A stretch of 64,000 bases of DNA from positions 71,458,421 through 71,522,420 of the forward strand of contig NC_058132.1 of assembly GCF_016433145.1 (NCBI RefSeq), written 5' to 3'. Every line of letters begins with the position of its first letter. Position 1 is the first letter of the stretch. Of the stretch, positions 12,190 to 23,300 are shown piece by piece. Position numbers and translations under genes: made by a program. This DNA is from Gracilinanus agilis. Taxonomy: Eukaryota. The notes beneath the pieces are model-generated. The model was not told the DNA's origin, searched no databases, and saw only the letters and a program-made list of their open reading frames with translations.

Positions 12190-15100
12190 CTTTGATGTTC
12201 TTTCTCTGGAGGTGGACATTCACAAGTTATTCTTCAAACATTAATTTTGTAGCTGTATATAATGTTCTCTTGGTTCTACTCATTTTGCTTTTCATAATTT
12301 CACATAGAACAATTTTTTTAATCTGCTTATCATTTTTTATGATGCAGTAGTATGCCATCACAATCCCACAACTTGTCTGGCCATTCCCTAATGGGAGAAT
12401 TCAATTTCCAGTTCTTTGCCACCACAAAGAGAGCTGCTATAAATATTTTAGAACATACAGGTTCCTTTTCCTTTTCCCCAGTCATCTTGGGAAACAGATC
12501 CAGTAGTATTATTGCTGGGTATAAGGGTAGGCACAGTTTTATAACTGGGCATAATTCCAGATTGCTCTCTAAAATGGTTAGATCAATTCAGTTTGACCAA
12601 CAGTATGTTAGCGTTCTCATTTTTCCCTTCCAACATTTGTCATTTTGCCCTTTTATCATTTTAGCCAATCTGAAAGGTATAAAATGGTATCTTAGAATTG
12701 CGTGATTTGCATTTCTAATCAATGATTTAGATCATTTTTTCATATGATTTTATATGGTTTTGATTTCTTTATCCATAAACTAACTGTTGTTATCTTTTCA
12801 CCAGTTCTCAATTGGGGAGATCCTCAACTCTTTTTGTCAAGGAGTTATGGTTCCAACTCCCTCTGTTCCTCTTCTTCTTTGAACCAGCACACCAGTGGAG
12901 TGGGGGTGGGGTGTTCTTGCTGAGTACAGGTCTTTATAGCATTTCATTGGTCAGGAATAGGTCATAGCAGGTCTGAGAAGATTCAGAGAACTCAGCCATT
13001 CAGGCCCAGCTCTGAAGTGGTTGCTTGGCCAGACTAGACCAGTCCTGTAGCTACCAGAGAGATTCTTAAATCTGAAGGGGCCTCAGGAATCAATCTAGCT
13101 TGATTGCCTGCAGAGGACCCATAAGGGTCCAACAATCCTAAAAATCTTAGTCTAGGAACCTAAGTCTGAAAGTTTTTATTTTCATTAGTGCAATTTTTCC
13201 AAGAAAAGAGCCTTTGCTCTCTGGTGGTGGAAGTGTGGGTTCTGCTCACAAGTCCAAAGGCCTGCTAGGCCCATTTGAAAGGGCTTAAGACAGAAGGGAC
13301 CATAGAAATCATTTTAGATTATCCTGCCTTCTCCCCCATTTTACAGACATTTTACAGAACCCTTAGTATTCACTTCTTGAAAGGCAAACACCTCCTGGAG
13401 AGGTAACACATTCACTGTTACTAATGGTCATGTAAAATGGGACTAGACTGTGGGAATAGGTTGGACACAGGATTGGTGCTGAGAAGTTCTTTTTTTTTTT
13501 TTTAAACCCTTGTACTTTGGCGTATTGTCTCATAGGTGGACGATTGGTAAGGGTGGGCAATGGGGGTCAAGTGACTTGCCCAGGGTCACACAGCTGGGAA
13601 GTGGCTAAGGCCGAGTTTGAACCTAGGACCTCCTGTCTCTAGGCCTGACTCTCACTCCACTGAGCTACCCAGCTGCCCCCTGCTGAGAAGTTCTTAAAGA
13701 AGCGGTGTCAAAGACAAACTCGTGGAGACTTCACAGTTTAACTCAGGAAGGCCCCCTTAGGTAAGCTCTACCAAGCCAGTTCCACCTTTAAGCAAATCCC
13801 AGACTCTTTCTTCTCCAGAGATCTGTAAGGCCATAGTAGGGCATCTAGTTCAAAATGATCTAAGGAAGAATTCCTTTTGTAGCCTCTCAAACTTGTCATC
13901 CCAACTAGCCAAAAACTTCTAGTAGTAGGGCACTTTAAACCTCAAGAAGCAGCCCACTCCAATTTCATCCTCTAATTTTTGGAGGTGTGGAAAGATCATA
14001 GCGGATGCTGGAAGGACACTGAATGTGGAGTCGAGAGATCTGGGCTTAAATCCTAGCTCCTACACTTACTAACTGTAGCACTCTAGACAAGGCCTTTCAG
14101 ATCCATTTCATCATTTGTGAAATGAAGACATTATCCTACCCTTCACAACTGGAAAGTGCTCAAAGTTCTGTGTGTGTGTGTGTGTGTATTTATACATGTG
14201 ATCTATTGGGAACACTGAATTTAGATTCAAGAGGACTTGGACTCCAGTCCTAGCTTCATGTCTTACTAGCTGTGTGTGACTCTGGCCAAATCGCTTCTCT
14301 ATCCTGGAAATGTTTCCTCATCTATAAAATCTGATGATCCCCAGGATCCCTTCCAGCTCTAAATCTGTGAGCTTAAAATCTTCCTGTCTATAACTTACCC
14401 CAGCTACTCTTTAGTTCTGCTCCTTGGGGCCAAGTAAAAGAAATGTCTAATTTCTATTCCCAGAGGTTTCATCCCAGGATAAAATATTTGAAAGCAACAA
14501 TCATGTTTCCTCTAAGTCTTCTCAAGGATGACTTTTATGGCATGTTTTCAAATTCCTTCGACCATCCTATTCACCCTTTTCTACACCGCTCTACAGTTTG
14601 TCAAGGTTCTTTCTTGAAAATGCCCTGCCCAGAATTAAACACAGTACTCCAGATGTGATCCAACTAGGGCAGGGTCCAGGAGCACTGTCACTTTTTTTTT
14701 TAACCCTCACCTTCTATCTTAGAATTGATAATAAGCATTAGTTCTAAGGCAGAAGATAGTAAGGGCTAACTAATTGGGGTTAAATAACTTGCCTAGGGTC
14801 ACACAGTTAGGAAGTATTTGAATCCAGGGTTGAACCCAGGTCCTTCCAACTCCAGGCCTCATGTTCTATCTTTTGTGCTACCTAGCCGCCCCTTACTTCT
14901 TCTGGACACTATACTTCTCAGTACAGTCTAAGCTTATGTTTGCCATTTAAGGAGTTCTCCAGCCTTTTCTATGAACTGTCTAACTATATCTCTCCTATCC
15001 TGATTCTGTTTAAACCCTAAAATTCCTTCTTAGAATCAATACTGTGTATTGGTTACAAGGTAGAAGAGTGGGAAGGGCTAGGCAATGGGGGTTTGTGGCA

Positions 15101-18100
15101 GTACCAGACACTACAAAAAGTTCTCACGTGGGTTTTAATCACTTGTGGAGGGAAGCTAAAGACTGAGGAGCAATGGGTAAAGGTTAAGGACTAGGGAAGA
15201 AGAGGCATGGGTGGAACAAATAGACAGGAGACAGGGAGAGAGGTGTTGAGCATCCCTTCAGCAGACCAGGCCACTCACAAAGCATCTGACCTCACTGTGG
15301 TGTTTGTTATGGGTTTTCAGCATTGGGGGTTTTCAGGATGTCAATCAAACAAGGGAAATAGTAAAGGTTTTAACATAATATTAGTGTCCAATTACAAGAT
15401 AAAGGAATGAGTAGCAACACAATTGTACAGCCAGGTATTCAGGAAGAGTATTTTGCAAATCTATCCTAGCCAAGGAAAAAACTTTTGCCTTCCTGGAACC
15501 ATGTTTTAGCCCTTGTCAGATGGAAAGCCAGGCCTTTGAGTTTCCAAAAGACCTTTTCAATCTGTCTGCCATATGCTGCAGCTTTTCACAATAACAGAGG
15601 CTTAATTTTTAAGTTCAACAAAATTTAAACTTAATCCAATCAATCATGTCAAATATTAGAAATAGATCCATAAGTCTGGTCCATGAACACTTTGCTCATT
15701 AGAGTCAGCTTTTGAATACATCTTTAATATCTTCATGATTCATTATAACTGAAACCCTTCAGGGTTAAGTGACTTGCCCAGGGTCACACAGCTAGGAAGT
15801 GTCCAAGAACAGTTTTGAACCTAGGACCTCCTGTCTCTAGGCCTGGCTTTCAATCCACTGAGCCTCCCAGCTGCCCTCTAGTTGGATTTTTTTTAACCCA
15901 AATGCAAGACAACATTTTTCCTACCAAACCACGTCTTTGGATTTAATCCTAACCAGTTGAGATCTTTTTAAATCTTAATTTGGGGGACTCGAAACACCAA
16001 GACTCCTTGGTCTCTTGCTTAGCTCTGGCTCCCCTTGTCCACACTCACCAAATGAATACCAACACAATCGGTAGAAGACAGCCAGCACATAAAAGATGGC
16101 AAGAATTCCACTGAGGGTCCCATCCAACATCAGAAGCAGGGCAGTGGCAAAGCCAAAGGAGGTGTATTCGGCAAAGTCATTTATCTTGGTCCCTGCTCAA
16201 CAGAATGAGAATCAGGCACATTGGGGGAAATGCAGGGGAGAGGTAAGGGTAAAGTGACAGACAATGCCAGTGACAAGAGTGGGAGACTGGGGCAGCTAGG
16301 TAGCTCAGTGGATGGAGAGCCAAGCCCAGAGAGAGGACGTTCTGCGTTCAAAAGTGGCCTCAGACACTTCCTAGTGGTGTTTACCTAGGCAGGTCATTTA
16401 GCCCCCATTTTTTTTTTTGTTCTCTACCTACCCTGTTCTGGCATTTGCTCATCTCTAGTGTGTACTATGTAGTCTCTGTCCATGTTTAATTCCATTCCAT
16501 GAAAATAAAAAGTATGTTGTACATACTGCTGAAGAGTTGTCTTGCAAGTTAAGGCTTCCCTTTTACTATAAGACTATAAATAAAAACTTATTTTATCCTT
16601 AAAATAAAAAAGTATTGATTCTAAGACTAAAGGTAAGGGTTTAAAAAAAGTGGGAGACTGGAGAAAAAGGGCAAATGAAGCCTTGACTGATCTCCTTGAG
16701 CAATTTCCCTGTAGTCTCTATAGTATTGACAGAATCCTCATTTCCCTATTCTGGGCTTACAGGCTACTAGCTATTATATTCCACCTCTCCAAGAGATGCA
16801 AGTGAACTGCTTATAACTACACAAGATCTCTCCAGGCACTATGGGATCAGGATGTAGATTCTCCACAATCCTATGGTCTCCAGCTTTTTTTCTTTTTCAA
16901 GGAATAATTCTCTATTCCCAGGTCCCAAAATATAGTCACAAATGCTTTGGGCTGGAGATAAGAAAGATGCATTAGGTAAGTGCTGCAGAGACTGAATGGC
17001 AAGAGTCAATTTCCTGAGTTATTCAGAATGGGAGTTGGGATAAGGAGACTTAAAGCTTACACTTGCTACATAAATTTATACAAAATAAATACAAGATACT
17101 GGAGTGGCCTGGAGGGAGATACCAGTCTTTTAATGTCTACAAAACACGTTAACCTCCAGAATTTCATGAATCGAGGGGAAACTGAGTGGTTTGGTGGATT
17201 GAGAGCCAGGCCTAGAGACAGAAGGTCCTGGGTTCAAATATAATCAAAGACACTTCTTAGCTGTGTGACCCTGGGCAAGTCACTTAACTCCAGTTGCCAC
17301 ACCCTTACCATTCTTCTGCCTTAGAACCAATACTTATTATCAATTATAAGACAGAATGAAAGGGTTAAAAAAAAAAGGACCTCATGAGTTCCTATCAGTA
17401 GCTCAATGAGGCAAGCAGAGTAGAGATGAGAGGCTCAGAAAGGTTGGGTGACCTACCCAAGGGTCACACGGCAAGTTAGTGAACCAGGACCCAAACCAAG
17501 AATCCAAATCTCTTGACTCCCCATCCAGTGTTTACAACCCATCAGCCACTTGCCCCAGTTTTGTAAAGAATCAGCAAAGGCCCAGATCATAGAGGGGAAT
17601 GAGAGGCTCAGACCAGGCAGAACTTGTCTCCAAAAGGCTACTAGGGTCTTCCAGGACCATCAGGCCCTTTCTTGTTAGCATAGAGTGGCTTGTGTAATAA
17701 TGATTCCCATTTCTAACTCCCTTTAGGGTTCACAAAGTGCCTTATGTGCATGATAGCAATTGATCTTCACAATAAACCTGGAAGGTTTGTAGCATCAGTG
17801 TAAAGCTGGGTGTGATGTTCTTGGGGAGTCACTCACTTGACCTTTCTGACATGTTTCCTGATTCATAAATAAGGGTTACAATTATTGAACTGTTTTCCCC
17901 CATAGGACTAAAGTGAGCAAAAGACATCATGTAAATATAAAATGTCAAGCAACTTGTAAACCAGGAAGTGTCATTTAAATACCCCTCGTTGTTATGTACT
18001 TATTATTCTACTGAACTGTAAACCCTAGACATGGGATCTTACCCATTTCTCTATCCCTGTAGTTTCCCAGCACCAAACTCCACACAAGGCAAGAAACAGC

Positions 18101-19012
18101 AATGCTTATTGATTGAAGTAATTAATTTAGAGGCAGTGGGGGGAAGGGGAGGGGAAATAGAGAGAGAACCTTGAAACCAGTAAGTCTTGAGTTCAGGTTC
18201 TACCTCTGACATCATTTGAGGCAGTGAGGTGACATAATGGATAGTATGATAGGCTTAGAGTCCGGAAGACCTGAATTCAAATTGCCTCAGTCCCTTTTAA
18301 TACCCAAAATCTTTGTAAAAGAAGAAAGTTGGATTTGCTGATCTCAAGGTCTCTTCTGGGACCTTCCACATATACTCTTAAGACCCTGTCTGTGACTTGG
18401 GGAATGGATGTATGTCTACTATAGCTATGAGAAGTGTGATAGACTGTCATTGTTAGAGGGCAGGGAGATGAGGTCTTGAGATATGGGGCCTGAAACCCTC
18501 ACTTACCGAAATTAGAGTAGATGCCCAGTTGTCTGGCCACAGGTCCACTTGCTAGACTGAATAAAAAGCTGATGAGGAGGAGCCAACAGGCAGAGTTGGG
18601 TTTTCTGGAAGTAAAAAAAAAGTAGGAAAACCAGGGAATTTTAGAGCTAGAAAAGACAGAGATCCAACCCATTTTACAGTTATCAAAACAGGGCCAGAGT
18701 GGGAAAGTGCTTTATTTCAAAGACTCGTTTGAAGTATATGGCAAGGCTGGACATAGAACTCAGGTTTCCTGGCCTGTACTGGACCAAGTAATGTGCCCAC
18801 CCATGACCCCTGACCTCAGGCCTATAGTCCTCCCATCCCCTGGACCATGCTAACCTGTTGAAACTGCAAAAGATGGAAAACAACCCCATGATCATGTTTC
18901 CTAGGGACAAGATGATGGCAGCATTCTTCCAAGCAAACCCAGCCAGCAGGTTCATCTTCTGGACATGTTTCCTGATGCCATTGAAAAAACCTAGGATGAA
19001 ACGGGTCAACAT
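8702..19012 (-). CDS. TMEM269: Transmembrane protein 269, complement join(18855..19012,18507..18604,16049..16192,10052..10252,8702..8865), 254 aa
   Basis: Five exons with matching phases (2,1,1,1) give a hydrophobic multi-pass protein (LSLGNMIMGLFSIFCSFN, INDFAEYTSFGFATALLL, YQGLPCSYASS, SYIFFP) resembling TMEM269. It sits at the syntenic position between SVBP and C1orf50. The start codon is uncertain because the frame is open back to the acceptor at 19063. Confidence 0.9.
9196..9694. other. Two assembly gaps (9196-9394 and 9481-9608) around an 86-bp island duplicated at 9609-9694
   Basis: N runs; 9395-9480 is identical to 9609-9694. Confidence 0.95.
10052..10252 (-). CDS. TMEM269: TMEM269 coding exon 4
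   Basis: ttcacag|...|gtaagt; 201 nt; EIPFAYQGLPCSYASS...FWKKVVFTL. Confidence 0.93.
11565..11820 (+). mobile_element. MAR1-type CORE SINE
   Basis: tRNA-like head, CORE segment, and RTE-derived tail gagaaggaaagggcaaaccactccagtatctttgccaagaaa...gaacaacaaca. Confidence 0.8.
11930..12840 (-). mobile_element. Old L1 3' fragment containing a (TG)n(TA)n microsatellite
   Basis: T-rich sequence typical of antisense marsupial L1 ORF2 end and 3'UTR. Microsatellite at about 12110-12182. Confidence 0.6.
13492..13680 (-). mobile_element. Very young SINE-1-type copy with TSD
   Basis: 15-bp TSD tgctgagaagttctt at 13477-13491 and 13681-13695. Confidence 0.92.
14400..14690 (-). mobile_element. L3/CR1 3' fragment
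   Basis: ccagaattaaacacagtactccagatgtgatc resembles the antisense CR1 RT end. Confidence 0.55.
14692..14892 (-). mobile_element. SINE-1-type copy
   Basis: T tail, core and 5' head are all recognisable. Confidence 0.8.
15006..15858 (-). mobile_element. SINE-1-type element interrupted by the solo LTR
   Basis: 3' tail at about 15006-15093 and tRNA-derived 5' body at about 15762-15858. Confidence 0.8.
15094..15761 (-). mobile_element. Solo ERV LTR (668 bp) splitting a SINE
   Basis: TG...CA termini; TSD GGGTT at 15089-15093 and 15762-15766. The SINE halves rejoin when the LTR is removed. ATTAAA on the minus strand at 15134-15139. Confidence 0.8.
16049..16192 (-). CDS. TMEM269: TMEM269 coding exon 3
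   Basis: gagcag|...|gtgagt; 144 nt; GTKINDFAEYTSFG...LCWYSF. Confidence 0.93.
16291..16648 (+). mobile_element. SINE-1-type copy with about 175 bp of internal foreign sequence
   Basis: TSD agtgggagactgg at 16278-16290 and 16649-16661. Confidence 0.75.
17185..17377 (+). mobile_element. SINE-1-type copy
   Basis: ggattgagagccaggcctagagac head and A tail. Confidence 0.8.
18507..18604 (-). CDS. TMEM269: TMEM269 coding exon 2
   Basis: ttccag|...|gtaagt; 98 nt; KPNSACWLLLISFLFSLASGPVARQLGIYSNF. Confidence 0.92.
18855..19012 (-). CDS. TMEM269: TMEM269 first identified coding exon (exon probably extends to 19063)
   Basis: MLTRFILGFF...GLFSIFCSFN; donor AG|gttagc; upstream acceptor tctctag|GCT at 19063. 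Confidence 0.85.
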
Positions 19013-20769
19013 GAAAAGTGCCCTCAGGGCCTTGAACCTTTGGACCTTGGTCTTCCCACCAGCCTAGAGACTTGTCTTCCTAGAATGAGGAGTCCTTAGA
19101 GCATTGATACTTTCTCTATGGGATCTTCATCTTAAGCCACCTCTACTCATCAGATAGGGGACAGGTGAGATACCTGGGACAGGACAAAGAACAATACCAC
19201 ATGTGGAGATGGGAGATGGAGGCAGTCATGGTGCTAGAGGATGAGACCAGATGTGGGGGTAAATTTTTGAAGCAGTTGCGGGTATGGAGAATGAAGTCAG
19301 GTGTGAGAATGGAAGCTGCAGACTAGTGTCTGGAGATTAGAGGAAAGAAGGTGAAGTAGAGAATGAAGTAAGAAGGACACCAGTGTCTCTGAGGTCCATC
19401 AATCCTGACCCTAAACATAATGTTCTCATTCTACCAGGAAATGGGATGGATTATAATGACCATAGAGTTAAACCAGAGCAAGATTGAAGAGAGATTATAT
19501 TCTCACCCAGTCTAAAGCCTCCAGGAAGAGCGGGGAAAAGAAAGAAGAGGATAAAATGATGATGGCAAAATAGACCCTTACATTTAGAGAGAGACGCTAA
19601 AGGACTTGCTCAGTCATTTTGAAGCAGGGAGATGGTGGCATTGAGGGAGACCTCCTCCCTAGCTCTTTCAGCCCTGAACCCAACCATTACCACCAGTACC
19701 CACCCTTGCCCTTTCTTTGCCCCAAACTCACCAAGGAGGACTGTCAGCATCTTCAGCTGCTTAGCATTTGGGAGGATTCTTGGGATCTTCCCCTATCAGT
19801 ACCAGGATCATCAACAGCTCCAAGTCTAAAGAGCAGTAGTTTGGCCAGGGCCTGCCTGCCTGTCTGTGGCTTTAAACACCCTAGTGCTCTTCTGGTGAGC
19901 AGGACATCCTTACACAGGGGCACCAGGGAGTTCTGTTGCAGTGCCTGGGCCAAAGCCAAAAGTCTTATATACCCGGGGTACTTTAGAGGTGTGATTATGG
20001 GCAAGCTCCTCCCTTAGCCTCAGTTTTCTATTCTATAGAGGGAGTAGGATGAGTAGGAGATATACTTTGCAGCTTATAAGGGAGGCAGTAGGTAGGGAAC
20101 CTAAAGATTCAGGGGGTTTCCATAGTAGCTGGAAACACAACTCAGGCTGCTGTCCAGGTCCTTCTTTCTCAGAGTAATTAACAGGGGATTGGCAAAGAAT
20201 AAACATCCAGTATCCTGCAGCATCCCCATGCTCCTGACACTGGCTAGCTGAGCACAATGAATGGAAGGATGGATGGATATACCTAGTTGGGGAATGCAAG
20301 GCTTTGACAACTCGGATATGCTCAAAGGTGGCCATTGAGGATATTATGAGGCCATTTGAGGACTGGATAAAGGGATAGATGTTTGCAATTTCTCCTGCAA
20401 GTGGATTTGCGGTTAGGAGATCATACAAGGGAAGGAACATTAGGGACTATTTAGCATCCCTCATTTTACAGATGAAGAAACAGACCAAGATACATTAAAT
20501 GACTTGCTCATGGTTATGTAAGTATAAGCTTCATAGGATCATAGATACAAAGCTGGAAGGGACTTTGAGGCCATCTAGTACAACACCTGCATCTTAAAGA
20601 TTAGGAACGTGAGGCCCAGAAAGGTGAGGTAACTTACCCAAGGCCATAGTTGGAGTAAACGACAGTCAGGATCAGGATTCTGGTATTGCTACTTGCTAAC
20701 TATGATACTGGGCAAGTCATTTCACTTTCCAAACCTCCAGTGTCTCTATAAAATGAGGGGGTTCCCTAT

Positions 20770-22190
20770 GTACAAAAATATGCATAGCTATTCTTTTTTG
20801 AGGTGGCAAAGTTAGAAACTAAGGAGGTCACCATCCATTAGGAATGGCTGAACAAATTATGGTATATGAATGTAGTAGGATCTATTCTTTTGTAAGAATT
20901 GATGGAGATAGAATCTGGGAAATCTGGGAAGACTTGTATGCACTGATACAGAATGAAGTAAACAGAACCAGGAAAACATTGTGTACAATAATAGCAACAC
21001 TATAAAAACAAGTGACTTTGAAAGACTAAGGAACTGTGATTTATGCAACAACCATCCATGATTCCAGAGGATTCATGATTGGAAGTATGTTGCCTACCTC
21101 CTGAGGAAGGGATGGACTCAAGGTACTGACAAGATAGATGTGTTTTGGACATGGCCAATGGAGGAATTTGTTTTTCTTGACTGTGCATCTTCAAGGGTTT
21201 GTTTTGTGTTGAAAGCTATCCAACAGCTCCAGGAATCTGATAAGAGACGGCTTAGGTGAGAAAGAAGGAAAAGGGAGACAATCTGTCTGTCATCTCATGG
21301 TTGCTGCTTCGTCTGGCAAGGAGCATGGAGTTTATTTATACGGTATTCAAAAAACCCAATTTACACAAAGCACAAAGGAGTTTGCGGCTGCGTAGACACA
21401 TTATGGTTACAGAATTACCTTACTTTTTGGCATATATTATACAAAAGATTTTCTCATGAAGGGTATGCCGGATGAGAAGTTTCTTATACTTTTTATACTT
21501 ATATTTCTTATACTGAGTCTTATACTTTATTGGGAGAACTGCACCTGGATGGATGAAGTCTTGTCTAACTTTGTCTAATTTTGACCTTGTCTATCTAGAA
21601 GCCAGGGCAGCTTAATTTTCTGTATTTCTGTCTTGGAGAGAAACTGTTAACCTCTTAACTACTGGTTTGCTAAGAACTTAAACTTTCCAATAAAACTATA
21701 ATGCTTTCCAATAAGAAAAGGTGTGGATCATAAAAGGAATCAAAGAGAGGAGTCAAGATTTTTATCTTAGATAACCCATTCTGTCTGCATCCCAATAGGC
21801 AGTGCAGAAAAAAATCATACACACAGTTTCACTTGCTGATGATTTTATAATGGGATCCAGATAAAATATCTATTATAGTCTATTTCTCTCAATGACTTCC
21901 AGTTATAAAATGAGCCTCTGGGAGGGGTCAATTTGTTTTGGATTAACCAACCTTCTGGTACCACAGCTTTTCAGGGCTTAGGTTACCAGGACTAAACACA
22001 AAGGCTGTCTCAGCCTGGATTGGTCATGTAAGGAATCCAGATAACAGGCCCTATCCATGACCCTCTTTCTCTGACTGGCCTTCTACAGTTTTGGTTTTGT
22101 TTTGTTTAATTTTCTTTTTCAATGGGGATAGGGGAAAGCAGGAAGGAGAGGTAGACTTTTATTTTGAAAAAAATTTTTAAACAAAAAACC
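20770..22190 (+). mobile_element. L1 ORF2 end and 3'UTR fragment, interrupted by the 881-bp LTR
   Basis: ggaatggctgaacaaattatggtatatgaatgt...gaagtaaacagaaccagg is typical of the marsupial L1 3' end. Confidence 0.7.
21207..22087 (-). mobile_element. Solo ERV LTR (881 bp; a 6-bp TSD suggests ERV2/ERVK class) inserted in an L1 3' end
   Basis: TGTTGAAAGC...GCCTTCTACA imperfect inverted termini; TSD GTTTTG at 21201-21206 and 22088-22093. On the minus strand: TATAAAA at 21491-21497 and AATAAA at 21331-21336. Confidence 0.8.
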
Positions 22191-22539
22191 AAATGAGAGG
22201 GGTTATGTTAGATGATTTGTAAGGCTGTTTCCAGTTCTAAGGACTACCAAGCTATAATTATCCTGGACAAGAGATTACTTAAGAAGAGCAAAATTTCAGC
22301 ATTCAGTATTTGAAGGCTTTCCTGTAAAAGAAAGAGAATGGTCAGGAGGGCATCAAACCCAAGTTGAATGACCTTTTGGCAGAGAGATTTGGACCTATCA
22401 AGGTTGGCACTAGTGAACAGAACTGGGAACAATGAGTAGAAGGTGCAAAGTGGCCAATTTTGGCCAATTAGAAGCCAAACAGTTGAATAGCAACAAGAGC
22501 TGCTTTTGGAGGAAGTAGACCCTCAGTGGAGTTCTTTGA

Positions 22540-23300
22540 GTAGAACTGAATGACCTCCTGCTAGAGAACCATTGAATGACAGGATCTGAGGCCATTTAGT
22601 CCAATCTGTACCTGAATTAGAATGCCTTCTACATGATGTGTATGACTAGGAGGTATAAAGACTCTGCTCAATGACTTCCATTGAAGGGGAACCCATCACT
22701 TTATGAGGCAACCCATTCCACTTTGGGATAGCCCTCATCATTAGAAAGTTATCCCTTGATCAATCCCAAATAATACCTCTTTGCAGCTTCCTCCACTGCC
22801 CCTGGATTTGCCTTCTAGGACCAGCCAGAACAAGTCTAATCCTACTTCCACATAGTAGTCCTTCAGAATTCTTGAAAACAGCTTTCCTTTCCCTCTTCTC
22901 CAGACTAAACATCCTTAGTCCTTTCAACTGAATCTAATATAGTATGATGTTAAGCTCCTCCACACTAAAAATCTCCTCTCTTTCAGAGTAAACCATCAGC
23001 CCCTTCTTTGTCAAAGTCACCTTGCCTATCTGCATGCAGTCCAAGACTGCATTAATATTCCTTTGGCTGTCATGTCACACTGTTGACCTATTGAGCTTGA
23101 AATCATTGAAAATTCCAGATCTTTTCTAGATGAGCTGCTAACTTTGCCTCTCCTGTAATGTACTTCTGAAGCCAACTTTTGAACCTCCGTAAATCTTTTT
23201 ATATCTATTCAATTTAATCATGATTCAGCATAGTGCTCTAGACTGTCAAGATTTTGACTCTTTACTTAGTGATCGAGCATGTTAACTAAATCTATAAATT
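22540..23300 (-). mobile_element. L3/CR1 fragments
   Basis: aacccattccactttgggatagccctc...ttagaaagtt and taaacatcc...ttcaactga motifs. Confidence 0.55.

Noticed and set aside
20033-20440. 135-aa minus-strand ORF upstream of TMEM269
   Set aside because: It has no homology and cannot be joined in frame to the TMEM269 ORF. Only a possible UTR exon is retained as a finding.
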